In this document: positions 16,992 through 26,357 of the stretch, in pieces
Layout: every line of letters begins with the position of its first letter
Position numbering within the stretch: position 1 is the stretch's first letter
DNA from: an uncultured Candidatus Saccharibacteria bacterium
GTDB lineage: Bacteria; Patescibacteriota; DYJS01; CAYMEI01
Direction: 5' to 3'
DNA: 32,091 nucleotides
Assembly (NCBI GenBank): GCA_964389605.1
Contig: CAYMEI010000003.1
Location: forward strand, 1-32,091
Notes under the pieces: generated by a model
Seen by the model: only the letters and a program-made list of their open reading frames with translations
Databases searched by the model: none
Told to the model about the DNA's origin: nothing
Program-made: the position numbers and the translations under genes

Positions 16992-18458
16992 CTACCCCTC
17001 CCTTAAGGCATTTATAGGATCAGTCCTGGAAGCTCTGGTTACTGGGATAAACCCTCCAAGCATACCCGCCAGAATACAAATACTAAAAAGTATCAAAACT
17101 CCTCCTGCAGGAAATCCCAAAAATACAAATGCGGGTTTGCCATAATCAAGAGAATTACCCAGAATTGCAATAGAGTAAAACGCATCATCGCCAAAAAATA
17201 CAGAAAGCAGGACAACTACAAGGACTGCTAAAATAAGTCCCATAATAAACCCTGCCAGTACAATTAAAAAAGTAAAACTAAAAAATATCTTTTTTATATC
17301 TCTCTTTTGAGCTCCAATTGCTCTAAAAACACCTATTTCTCTTTTAGAATCAGAGGCAATTTTACTGATTGTAGTGGCAACCAGTATTGATGAAACTGCC
17401 AAAAGCACTCCACCAATCACAAAAAAGACATTCTGAGCAATTCTTATAGGTTCTGCAAAAATATCAAAAGCGGATCTTAGCTGGTACTTGGAGCCCATCC
17501 CCAGAAAAATATTTGACGAAGCAAAAGATTCCAGATCTGCCTGAGATTCAAACTCAACCAGATAGTTTATGATTTTATCATCAAAAAGTTTTTCTACTTC
17601 TTTGTCTTCCATTGCCCAATTGGGTATAATTATAGAATCCTGCAAAGGAGATCTATTGAGCGGAAAGTCTGCATTAAATCCAACTACAATAATTTCCACT
17701 TCTGTGTCTTTACTGTTAAAAGATTCTCTGGAAGGTACTGGGTCTATGCCGTTCTGCCCGGTGATTGTTGCAAAATCCAGCCATTTTAACCGGTAGGTCT
17801 TACCTAGATATTCTGGTATCAGCTCCTGAAATTTATTATACAAGCCTTCTCTACCGTCCGATTCCATAATGTTATTAGCAATGGACATGTACCCTAAAAT
17901 GCTTAGTGGGCTGTCTTCTATATCTTTAACAGCTTCAAGAAAAAACAGGTAGTTTCTGGGCATTATAACCGGTATTTTACCATCGTACTCATCTTCAAAC
18001 GAATAATCCTGGTAAATGTAATCCTGAACTAAAAAGTCTGGAGATTGTACCATCTGAAGACCATTATTTATTAGAATGTCATTATTTTCAATTTCTGTAT
18101 CATTCTGCACAAAAAGAAATTTGTCCTGTGTTTTATCAACTGCATAAATATCTTTTGGACCAAATTTTTTTATCTGATCTTTATATTCTGAAATACTTTT
18201 TGGAGTTTTTTTCTGCAAGTCGGCATCTTGCAGATTTTGATCTGACGAAGCAAAAAATTGCTCAACTGCCAGAAATCTGTCTGAGTTAGAATTTTTGAAT
18301 GCCTTTGAACCTAGGTCTAAAACACCAGTAACCGCAAGCATAACAGTCATTATTACAAGTATGCTCATAGAAACAACTAAAGAAGAAAAAATACTTCTGC
18401 CTTTTCGGGTCTTAAATTTAATTTTTGCCAGTTTAAAAGAATCTTTAAAGTTTATCAT
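16992..18458 (-). CDS. ABC transporter permease, FtsX/MacB-like
   Basis: N-terminal transmembrane helix, a large extracytoplasmic domain and three C-terminal transmembrane helices. The family-typical end is ...RASRTDPINALREG. Its ATG overlaps the ATPase stop as ATGA. Confidence 0.85.
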   Translation of the reverse strand: MINFKDSFKLAKIKFKTRKGRSIFSSLVVSMSILVIMTVMLAVTGVLDLGSKAFKNSNSDRFLAVEQFFASSDQNLQDADLQKKTPKSISEYKDQIKKFGPKDIYAVDKTQDKFLFVQNDTEIENNDILINNGLQMVQSPDFLVQDYIYQDYSFEDEYDGKIPVIMPRNYLFFLEAVKDIEDSPLSILGYMSIANNIMESDGREGLYNKFQELIPEYLGKTYRLKWLDFATITGQNGIDPVPSRESFNSKDTEVEIIVVGFNADFPLNRSPLQDSIIIPNWAMEDKEVEKLFDDKIINYLVEFESQADLESFASSNIFLGMGSKYQLRSAFDIFAEPIRIAQNVFFVIGGVLLAVSSILVATTISKIASDSKREIGVFRAIGAQKRDIKKIFFSFTFLIVLAGFIMGLILAVLVVVLLSVFFGDDAFYSIAILGNSLDYGKPAFVFLGFPAGGVLILFSICILAGMLGGFIPVTRASRTDPINALREG

Positions 18459-19318
18459 TGAATTTCTCCGTCGCTTAATCTTACCTGCCTGTCTGCCATT
18501 TCTGCTGTTTTTTCATCATGTGTAACTATTATTACAGTTGTATTAAAATCCTGATTTATTTTTTTAATAAGCTCCATTATTTCATTTCCTGTTGCTCTAT
18601 CCAGGTTGCCTGTTGGCTCATCGGCTAAAATGATTTTTGGTTTATTTACCAGTGCCCTTGCAATTGCCACTCTTTGCATCTGACCTCCACTTAACTGGTT
18701 AGGAAGATGCCTGATTCTGTTTTCCAGTCCAACGGATTTTACAACTTCTAAAGAAATCCTGTGCCTTTCTTCGGGTGGCATACCTGCAAAAGTGAGCGGT
18801 ATTTCTACATTTTCCTGAACATTCAAAAAGGGTTGAAGATAAAAAAACTGAAAAATAAACCCGATTGTTTCATTTCTGAATCTGGAAAGTTCAAAATCTT
18901 TAAGTTGAGAAATAGATTTGCCGTTTATGGTAATTGATCCTGATGTTGGAGTATCCAAACCTCCAAGCAGGTTTAAAAGTGTACTTTTTCCGCTTCCTGA
19001 AGATCCAACCAGCGCTACAATTTCGCCTTCAAAAATTTCCAGATTTATTCTTTTTAAAGCCTTAATAGTTTCAGCTTTTAGTCTGTATTCCTTGTGTATA
19101 TCATTTAACTGAATAATTTTACTGGTCTGCGATCTTTTTTTGTCTAAATCTGTTGATTGCCCTGCATCTTCAGACTGCACAGATGTCTGAAGGATGTTTT
19201 TTGAGTCTTCTTCATCAGCAATTCCGTGCTTTTCCAAGTATGCAGTAAACTTTTTTGCGTCTCCACTAAACTCTTTTTGTACTATGTTTTTTATTTTTTC
19301 TAAAAAATCCTGATCCAC
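18455..19318 (-). CDS. ABC transporter ATP-binding protein (MacB/LolD/FtsE-like) with an N-terminal extension of about 75 aa
   Basis: Walker A GSSGSGKST, signature LSGGQMQRVAIARAL, Walker B ILADEPTGNLD, H-loop VTHD. Confidence 0.9.
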   Translation of the reverse strand: MDQDFLEKIKNIVQKEFSGDAKKFTAYLEKHGIADEEDSKNILQTSVQSEDAGQSTDLDKKRSQTSKIIQLNDIHKEYRLKAETIKALKRINLEIFEGEIVALVGSSGSGKSTLLNLLGGLDTPTSGSITINGKSISQLKDFELSRFRNETIGFIFQFFYLQPFLNVQENVEIPLTFAGMPPEERHRISLEVVKSVGLENRIRHLPNQLSGGQMQRVAIARALVNKPKIILADEPTGNLDRATGNEIMELIKKINQDFNTTVIIVTHDEKTAEMADRQVRLSDGEIQ

Positions 19319-19589
19319 AATTTACAACTTAATACAGAAGATTTTTAGAATTTTACAAGATTCTATCAAACCAGTGCATTTGATGTTAAGCCTTTATTGC
19401 CTGTTAATTTACTGATTTATGAAAAATACAAATCCACAGATTTTTAAATCTGCTTTCAAAGGTACAATCACAGAGCAGGATGGGAAGAGAAGAGCTTTAC
19501 AGCCAAAAAATTGCAATCTGAAAATTAAAACAGGCAAAATAGTTGCATGTGGCCCTTTAGCACTTTACCAGAATACACCCTATTCCCGA

Positions 19590-20360
19590 TTACCCGTATT
19601 CCTGAAAATACCACCCACCCCTGTTCCAGAATTTATTGGAAATAAAAAACATTGCACCTATCCAGAAAACCGACACAGACAGACTAAAAAATAATTGATT
19701 AAAATCTGAGCCACTAAAGTCTTTAGCAATAGCTCCAAAAGCATATGTAAAAGGCATAAAACTTAAAAACATGGTCTGCAATAATCCAAGCAAAAAGTTT
19801 ACTGGAATCAACTTGCCCGACAGAAAATCAAAAATAATATTAAAAAACCAGATATCAAAATGTTCTGAGCAAAAATTTACGCAAGTTGCAGTGAAGAATA
19901 TAAGATGAGTAAGTAGGAATCCGATTATTACAGAGGGAACAAAAAGAAGGATACCAAGAAGACTGTACTCAATAAAAATCATATACCCGACACTGAAAAG
20001 TAGAAGCAACATAAACACTAGGAAATTCTTCCCGACTGATTTCAGGAAATAGTAAACAAACGGATTTATGGGCATCCTGTTTATATTGTTATATCTTTCG
20101 GTAGTTATATCTGATTGAATTTCCTGGCTGAACCTTGCAATTTCTGCACTTGAGACAACCAGTATGAACAAAAAATAAATTAAAATCTGATTGTCCACAG
20201 ATCCGCCTGTAGCACCATCTGGTCTGACCAGGTAACTAAAAAACAGTATAAATCCAAAAGTCTGGATTATTGGGTAGAGCAAAGAAAAAAAGACGGTGGT
20301 TTTGTTCAGATTATTTTCCAAGTAGGAGTTTTTTATTATGTAAAAATATTTTTTAAGCAT
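19590..20360 (-). CDS. Polytopic membrane protein, ABC-2-type permease-like
   Basis: 256 aa with about 6 hydrophobic helices. The organisation resembles ABC-2 / DUF990-type permeases. The assignment is by topology only. Confidence 0.55.
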   Translation of the reverse strand: MLKKYFYIIKNSYLENNLNKTTVFFSLLYPIIQTFGFILFFSYLVRPDGATGGSVDNQILIYFLFILVVSSAEIARFSQEIQSDITTERYNNINRMPINPFVYYFLKSVGKNFLVFMLLLLFSVGYMIFIEYSLLGILLFVPSVIIGFLLTHLIFFTATCVNFCSEHFDIWFFNIIFDFLSGKLIPVNFLLGLLQTMFLSFMPFTYAFGAIAKDFSGSDFNQLFFSLSVSVFWIGAMFFISNKFWNRGGWYFQEYG

Positions 20361-20442
20361 TGTGCTTTATCAACTGAGTTTGACCGGTAGCTTAAATATA
20401 TTATTAAAATACAGAAAATAAGATTGCTTAATAGTAATATCT

Positions 20443-21543
20443 CTAGTGATATCTTAGAAGTCTCAGCTTTCGTTTTGAAGCAAGAAAACTTTTTTTGAGC
20501 CTCTCTGGAGAGTCTGTGAAGTTTTCTACAAAATCTTCTGCTGGTTTTTTATACACAGTCTTACCAACCTCAATCAAAAATAATGCTGCAGGTATAGCAA
20601 GTAATCCCCCTATTAAGCCAAAAAGCGTAGCCCCTACCATAAAAGAAAACAGTGATACATTGGGGGATAGCCCAACTACGGACCCCATGACTTTGGGCAC
20701 AAGTATATTATTTTCAATCTGCTGTACAATTATTACCACACCCAAGGCACCTACACCCGTAACAGGATCTTCACTGAACCCTACAATTATCGGAAATATC
20801 CCTCCAACTATAGGACCAACTATTGGAACTACTTCTAGTATTCCATTTATCAATGCCAAAGGAACAGCATACTCTAAGCCTATAATCAAAAAACCAGTAA
20901 GATTTAACAAAGCTACTATAAACATTAAGGCTAGCTGGCCAAAAATCCAGCTCTCTGCCTTTTTAACTAGAACTGGAGTCATTCTGGCTACTTTGGAAGA
21001 TGGAAGTAGAAAATCTAGTAGCTTTTTTATTGAGTCTTTATCTATTAAGTAGAAAAATGCGACTAAGGCGATTGTTAAAGCAGAAAGCACACTGCTGAAT
21101 ATTACCCCAATTGAACTAATTAAAAAATTACCTACCTCCTGAGCAGCTTGTCCTATAGAGGAAGCATTCCCCTGAATCCATTCTGTAATTTTATCAGCAG
21201 ACACTTCTGGTATGTATGGAGTTACCAACTCTAAGCCAACTGTGTAATTATCTTGCACCCAATGAGTTAATTCATTTGTTTGCGTGATAAGTATTGGAGA
21301 TACAATTAGTATTACAACTACAAATAGAGACAGTATAAATACCAGACACAGTATTGCAGACAAAAAGCGTGGTATGCCAAATCTTTGCAAATAGTCTACT
21401 ATAGGTGTTAAGGAAAAGCTAAGTAAAAATGCTATCAAAAATGTCTGAATAACACCCCCTAACGAACTAAATAAAAGCACTGCCATCTGAGCAAGAAATA
21501 TACCAGATGCAATCTTTAGGATATCTGCTTTCTTCAACATCAA
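20443..21543 (-). CDS. AI-2E family transporter (PerM/YdiK-like)
   Basis: 366 aa with multiple transmembrane helices. The conserved C-terminal core is ...ILEVVPIVGPIVGG ... QQIENNILVPKVMG.... Confidence 0.8.
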   Translation of the reverse strand: MMLKKADILKIASGIFLAQMAVLLFSSLGGVIQTFLIAFLLSFSLTPIVDYLQRFGIPRFLSAILCLVFILSLFVVVILIVSPILITQTNELTHWVQDNYTVGLELVTPYIPEVSADKITEWIQGNASSIGQAAQEVGNFLISSIGVIFSSVLSALTIALVAFFYLIDKDSIKKLLDFLLPSSKVARMTPVLVKKAESWIFGQLALMFIVALLNLTGFLIIGLEYAVPLALINGILEVVPIVGPIVGGIFPIIVGFSEDPVTGVGALGVVIIVQQIENNILVPKVMGSVVGLSPNVSLFSFMVGATLFGLIGGLLAIPAALFLIEVGKTVYKKPAEDFVENFTDSPERLKKSFLASKRKLRLLRYH

Positions 21544-21600
21544 GTAGACATTACATTTTTACTGGATTTAGAAAATAAGATATATGTATTATAACTTATC

Positions 21601-22485
21601 TTAACTAAACTCCACTCTGATCCTCCTGACACCAGATCCACTGCTTTCTGTTTTTACTATTCTTGGAGTTCCAAACTTTGAAACATCTGATGTTTTTTCT
21701 ACATGAGGACCTGCACAAAACTCCTTTGAAATAATACTCTTTTTGGATCCTATTTTAGAATTATTTACCAGATCGGCGGGTAAATTGCCACTCTTCTCAA
21801 AATATTTTTTTAATGCTTCTACTTCAAGGGTTAGCAACTGGGCAGATATCAAATTAGAATCATAAATAAAATATACCCTTACTACATCGTCATACTTCTG
21901 CTTAAATAAGGTCTCGGCACCAATCTGTAAAGCAAAATCTTTTGGCAAATCCAGGTACAGCACCTTTAAATCCTGACTTATCCAGAAGTTTATCATTTCC
22001 TCTATTTTTGCCAGCTCAAACTCGTCAATTTTTCTATCCAGAGAAATATCGTACCTTAGTCTTTCACCAGTAATATTTTGTCCTGCCTGGTGTACTTCTC
22101 CTGTATTGTTTTGTGCAAGAACTTTTTTACAGGCAGATAAGAGTAGATGAGCAACAGTATGGTAGGCCACAACTACTTCAGAATTATCCGACAGCCCGGA
22201 CTTAAACTTTTGAGTCATTCCTGCCCTGGACACCTCCTGATGTCTCTTAAATGCCTTATTAAATTCTGATTCCAGACGATCGGCATCTTTGGGGCTTGCG
22301 TTAAATTCTTCCAAAGACATCTCCAGTGGAAATCCAAAGGTTTCATAGATAAAAAACAAATCATCCCCGGTTAAATCATGGATACTCTTCCTGTGTTTAA
22401 GATTATGAATATGCTCCACACCCTTTCTTAAAGTCTGCCTGAAAGTAGACTCTTCTTTCTGAATGGTTTTTTGTACACTGCTCAT
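21601..22485 (-). CDS. Alanyl-tRNA synthetase fragment: tRNA-recognition linker plus editing domain, no catalytic core (AlaX-like or split AlaRS)
   Basis: EESTFRQTLRKG and FFIYETFGFPLE match the AlaRS mid region (EE.rF..TL..G; F.LyDTyGFP). The editing zinc motifs are HTVAHLL (HxxxH) and CAGPH (CxxxH). The C-terminal end is SGVRRIRV. Confidence 0.75.
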   Translation of the reverse strand: MSSVQKTIQKEESTFRQTLRKGVEHIHNLKHRKSIHDLTGDDLFFIYETFGFPLEMSLEEFNASPKDADRLESEFNKAFKRHQEVSRAGMTQKFKSGLSDNSEVVVAYHTVAHLLLSACKKVLAQNNTGEVHQAGQNITGERLRYDISLDRKIDEFELAKIEEMINFWISQDLKVLYLDLPKDFALQIGAETLFKQKYDDVVRVYFIYDSNLISAQLLTLEVEALKKYFEKSGNLPADLVNNSKIGSKKSIISKEFCAGPHVEKTSDVSKFGTPRIVKTESSGSGVRRIRVEFS

Positions 22486-22566
22486 TTCAATTATAAAATA
22501 ACTGATAAAATTGCTTTATTAAATACTTTTTTTGACACTTATTAAAGATTTTATAAAAAAACCCTG

Positions 22567-23772
22567 ATGAAAGCATTATCAAAGTTTATACTTCTTGCCA
22601 GTTCGGTAGCACTAACAGGGTGCTTTGGCATTTCCGAAGATGAAAAAAAAGATGAGCAGAAATCAGAAGAGCAACTTGTAGAAAGGCTGGATAAAAACGA
22701 AGCTTTTTCACAAAACATGCAGGAAATGCTTGAGTCTGTAAAAGACCAGAAATCTCTGAGTGTGAGCGATTTATTTTCAACAGATGGAGTTAAGGGAGAT
22801 ATATCTGTAAAAATGAAAGTTCCTGCCGGTGAAGATTTTAAAAATCAGACAAGTATAGACTTTACAGATGATTTTGCAGAAGCTCAGGTAGATGTATCGG
22901 TTAGACAAGTCCAAGATTTAATAAATCTAAGAATGTCTCTATCTGACGACAATAACACACAAGACTTTATTGGTTCAATAATTAACTCTCTGTCTTCTCA
23001 AGGAATTCCTACTGAGATTAACAGTAGTGATATAGAGATTGATATCTTCCTAGAAGATCAGGGTGGAGACTATGTAGCATATATAAAGTCTCCTGCAATA
23101 TTTAAAATTGTAGAAGCACTGACTAGTCCTGGAATTGATGTGGATGGTTACGGAGAATTCCCTGTCACAAAAGCACAGATCAGCGATGCATTCAACTTCA
23201 CAAACACATTCACAGGTACACGCAGTCTGCCCTCCGGAGATTTAGATGTAAATACAGATGAGCCCGGTGGAGAATATCTTGATGAACTGATAAAAGCTTC
23301 CGGATCAGAATTATTTGTAAAATTCACAAACACTAATCACGAAAAAGATGAAAAAGCAAATGGTGAGGATACAGAAAAATATTCCTACAGCTTGGATTGG
23401 GATGAGATCTTCAAACTTGTTGAAGAATCCAATAAATATGCAGTAGCAACAGAGGACGCAGAAGAAATAAATCAAGATGAAATGGATTCATTAAAGGATG
23501 CACTCAAAGAAGATGTTTCAATAAGTGGAGATTTATGGATAGACAAAGATGGTGTTATTCAGAAAAGCTCTGTCTCTGTTGATATTTCCTGCTCCGAAGA
23601 ACTATTTGAAGCACTAGAAAGCACTGGATCAAGTGTAGATAGATCTTTAGAAGGGATCGAAATGACACTCAAATGGGAAATAGAAAATGACAGTGGATTG
23701 AGCATGGAAAAACCAGAGGATACATTTGACGGCGAAGAAGCACTTTCGGACTTATCAGCACTACTTGGATAA
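22567..23772 (+). CDS. Acidic lipoprotein, unknown function
   Basis: Signal peptide with lipobox MKALSKFILLASSVALTGC. 401 aa, rich in D/E/S. Confidence 0.7.
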   Translation: MKALSKFILLASSVALTGCFGISEDEKKDEQKSEEQLVERLDKNEAFSQNMQEMLESVKDQKSLSVSDLFSTDGVKGDISVKMKVPAGEDFKNQTSIDFTDDFAEAQVDVSVRQVQDLINLRMSLSDDNNTQDFIGSIINSLSSQGIPTEINSSDIEIDIFLEDQGGDYVAYIKSPAIFKIVEALTSPGIDVDGYGEFPVTKAQISDAFNFTNTFTGTRSLPSGDLDVNTDEPGGEYLDELIKASGSELFVKFTNTNHEKDEKANGEDTEKYSYSLDWDEIFKLVEESNKYAVATEDAEEINQDEMDSLKDALKEDVSISGDLWIDKDGVIQKSSVSVDISCSEELFEALESTGSSVDRSLEGIEMTLKWEIENDSGLSMEKPEDTFDGEEALSDLSALLG

Positions 23773-23802
23773 AAAAATCAAAATCTGAATAATCTTAAAA
23801 AA

Positions 23803-23828
23803 GCCCTCTTTCGTAGAGGGCTTTTTTA
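23803..23828 (+). terminator. Rho-independent terminator (possibly bidirectional)
   Basis: GCCCTCT-ttcgt-AGAGGGC followed by T6 and preceded by an A-run. Confidence 0.75.
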
Positions 23829-24292
23829 TTGAATTATTGCGTAAAGCACCCTAGCTATACATGAACAACTCTACATTTAAACTATCCGGCAAAACTGAGT
23901 CTCCGGTAATTGATCTTTGGGTATAGCAGATACCATACAATGATGCTAAAAATGTAGCAGGGTGGGGCATAGCGTTTGACTGTAGATATTGTACTACTGA
24001 TATACGACAATGAAGAAAAAGCAGGGGTATCATAAAAGAAGAAGGTGGCACTGTAAATAATTTTTTTGTTACAACTTAAGCAGTCTTTATTTTTGTTCTA
24101 ACCAAAAGTACCAACTAATAAAATAGTCACTACTAAGGCTCCAATTATGACAGAACCACGAACAGGAGCACACATTAGTCTTTGATCATGCATACACTGG
24201 AATCAGACTTGTTAAATTATAGTACATCTGTATTCACAGCTGACCCTGATAAAAAATACTAAAAATGAAGGCTTTTTTAAAAACTAAAAAAA

Positions 24293-24408
24293 CTTGGCAA
24301 TGACCTACTTTTCCACAACGCTTGCGGAAGGGTATCATCGGCGGTTTAGAGCTTAACTTCTGAGTTCGGAATGGGATCAGGTGTTTCCTCTAACCTATGA
24401 TTGCCAAG
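24293..24408 (-). rRNA. rrf: 5S rRNA
   Basis: The reverse complement reads CTTGGCAATCATAGG...CCTGATCCCATTCCGAACTCAGAAGTTAAGC...GGTCATTGCCAAG, with a closing helix I. Confidence 0.9.
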
Positions 24409-24436
24409 TTTGATTAGTAATTAAAAACAAATTTAA

Positions 24437-24634
24437 TTATGCTAAAAATTGTGAAAATGGATACAAGATACAGCACACACTACAGAGACCAAGACATATA
24501 TTGCTGATACCCCGTATATAGATAGATACTGGTTTATCTTTTTTGTGTTTTAATACATACAGAGCACCCAGTGTGCTCACAATAATAGAAACAGCATACA
24601 CAATAAATATCCAAAAATAATCTACTATGACCAT
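24437..24634 (-). CDS. Possible small membrane protein encoded in the 23S-5S spacer
   Basis: ATG at 24634 gives MVIVDYFWIFIVYAVSIIVSTLGALYVLKHKKDK... (one clear transmembrane helix plus a basic patch). It lies on the same strand as the rRNAs and could be spurious in AT-rich spacer. Confidence 0.25.
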   Translation of the reverse strand: MVIVDYFWIFIVYAVSIIVSTLGALYVLKHKKDKPVSIYIRGISNICLGLCSVCCILYPFSQFLA

Positions 24635-24668
24635 TTGTAACAAAATTTTTAAAAATTGCTAATTTACT

Positions 24669-24706
24669 AATTTATATCCAGTAACATGAAGGCTAATATA
24701 AAAAAT
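24669..24706 (-). other. 3' strand of the 23S precursor processing stem
   Basis: Complementary to 29103-29141 as blocks of 14 bp and 16 bp around an internal loop, bracketing the mature 23S. Confidence 0.7.
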
Positions 24707-24809
24707 TTAAAGTTATTAGTACCTCACGGCTCAGTACATTACTATACTTACACCTAAGGCCTATCAACCAAGTGTTCTTCTTGGAACTTAAGAAACCTTT
24801 TCAGGGCTA

Positions 24810-24840
<31 letters not shown>

Positions 24841-25612
24841 TAATCCGAACATAGCTACCCAGCGCTGCCACTGGCATGACAACTGGTGCACCAGAGGTTC
24901 GTTCATTCCGGTCCTTGCGTACTAGGAACAAGTTCCTTCAGGTTTCAAAACTACCACAGCGGATAGGGACCGTACTGTCTTGCGACGTACTGAACCCATC
25001 TCACGTACCACTTTAACGGGCGGACAGACCGACCCTTGGGAGCTTCTTCACCCCCAGGATGTGATGAGACGACATCGAGGTGCCGAGCCTCGCCGTAAAT
25101 GTGAACTCTCGGGCGAGACTAGCCTGTTACCCCCAGAGTAACTATTAGCCGATAAGCACTACCCCTAACCAAATAGAGATAGAAGATCACTAAATCCGTG
25201 TTTCCACTCTGCTCACTGCGTAAAGTTTGCAGTCAAGCCAGTTTATGCTTTTATACTTTCACTTGGATTGCCATCCCAAGCAAACTGACCTTTGAACGCC
25301 TCCGTTATCTTTTAGGAGGCAACCTCCCCAGTTAAACTCCCCGCCTGACAATGTCCTCTTTGAGTTAGATTTCACTTCTCTGGAAAGTTGGTATTTCACT
25401 GACGGCTCCACTGCCCCCGAAAGAGCAGTCTCAGTGCCTCCCAACTATACTACGCATCCAAAGTGCGAAACCAATGACAAGTTAGAGTAAAGCTTCTGGG
25501 GTCTTAATGTCCTGCTGTGGTTACCCGGCATTTGCACCGGGCGTGTAATTTCATCGAGTTCCTTGGAGAGACAGCGCTCAGATGGTTAAGCCATTCGTGC
25601 GGGTCAGAACTT

Positions 25613-26337
25613 CATAAATTGCTGAAAAGCTTTTTCCTTTTTTTCAAAAGGGATCAGACTATATCTTCACCTTGAAATAAGCTTTAGGAGATCTTCCTTT
25701 TGATATTTCCCAGTGCCACTCAAATTACTCTTGAAGGCAACTTCTAATATCTCCTTTATTTTAACGGGACTGTGATGAAAATTCTGCTTCATCATCAAAC
25801 AAACTTGTCTGAAGTTATCAAAATCGTTTTTTTTATTTGTCATCAAAGAATATCTCAAGAAGTGCGGAATAATTTTATCATTTAAATCCTTTAGATTTCT
25901 TACTTCATATTTATAAGTATTGTCTTGTTTTGAAAATCTGATTCCTCCACAAGAAAAATGATCCTTCATTATTTGCAGCACATTTAAGCTTCTTTGACTT
26001 TGCGACACGGAAAAACCTAGTTTAACTTCTACTTTAACATTTAATTTTTCTCTAAAATTAAATGATACTGAAAAGCATCCTTCTCCATCTACAAATCCTG
26101 TTATATAAGAATTAATCTCCATGACTCATACTTGATTTTATCTTCAAGGGCTGGCGTATTACGCAAATTGCGTCTCACCTTTCGGCTCAGTCGTTACGGG
26201 TCACTTTAATCATAATTAATTAAAAATTAAATAAACCAAAATGTTCCCTCGGTATTACCATATTATTAAACTTAGGCTTCACCGATATTAGCCAGGTTAC
26301 TTAATGACTGTCACCAGTCATTTCAGGCAAGTTCTTT
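25613..26337 (-). mobile_element. Group I intron at 23S position 1951 (E. coli numbering)
   Basis: The 5' exon ends ...GUCAGGU and the 3' exon resumes AAGUUCUGACC. The intron ends in G. The internal guide GCCUG (nt 10-14 of the intron) pairs with exon CAGGU, giving the U-G pair at the splice site. Confidence 0.8.
25667..26122 (-). CDS. LAGLIDADG homing endonuclease (single-motif, I-CreI-like) in intron L1951
   Basis: Reads MEINSYITGFVDGEGCFSV... and IIPHFLRYSLMTNKKNDFDNF. 151 aa. Confidence 0.85.
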   Translation of the reverse strand: MEINSYITGFVDGEGCFSVSFNFREKLNVKVEVKLGFSVSQSQRSLNVLQIMKDHFSCGGIRFSKQDNTYKYEVRNLKDLNDKIIPHFLRYSLMTNKKNDFDNFRQVCLMMKQNFHHSPVKIKEILEVAFKSNLSGTGKYQKEDLLKLISR

Positions 26338-26357
26338 ACCTGACAAGGAATTTCGCT

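Noticed and set aside
16992-16994. Genome-wide reassignment of TAG to a sense codon.
   Set aside because: The FtsX-type permease ends at the family-typical ...DPINALREG exactly at TAG. The in-frame TAGs sit at positions where homologues appear to have different residue types. They also co-occur with frameshifts, a truncation and an in-frame TAA in the same genes. It is kept only as an alternative to test in the amber-codon finding.
19419-19694. 91-aa ORF in the ATPase / ABC-2 intergenic region.
   Set aside because: It overlaps the 3' end of the membrane-protein gene on the other strand and has no motif or convincing start context.
20495-21052. 185-aa plus-strand ORF.
   Set aside because: It is fully antisense to the well-supported AI-2E transporter gene, has low-complexity Pro/Thr/Ser/Ile composition, and uses a TTG start.
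22532-22557. A sigma-70-like promoter TTGACA ... TATAAA upstream of the lipoprotein gene.
   Set aside because: The spacer is only about 14 nt, so I could not support it as a feature.
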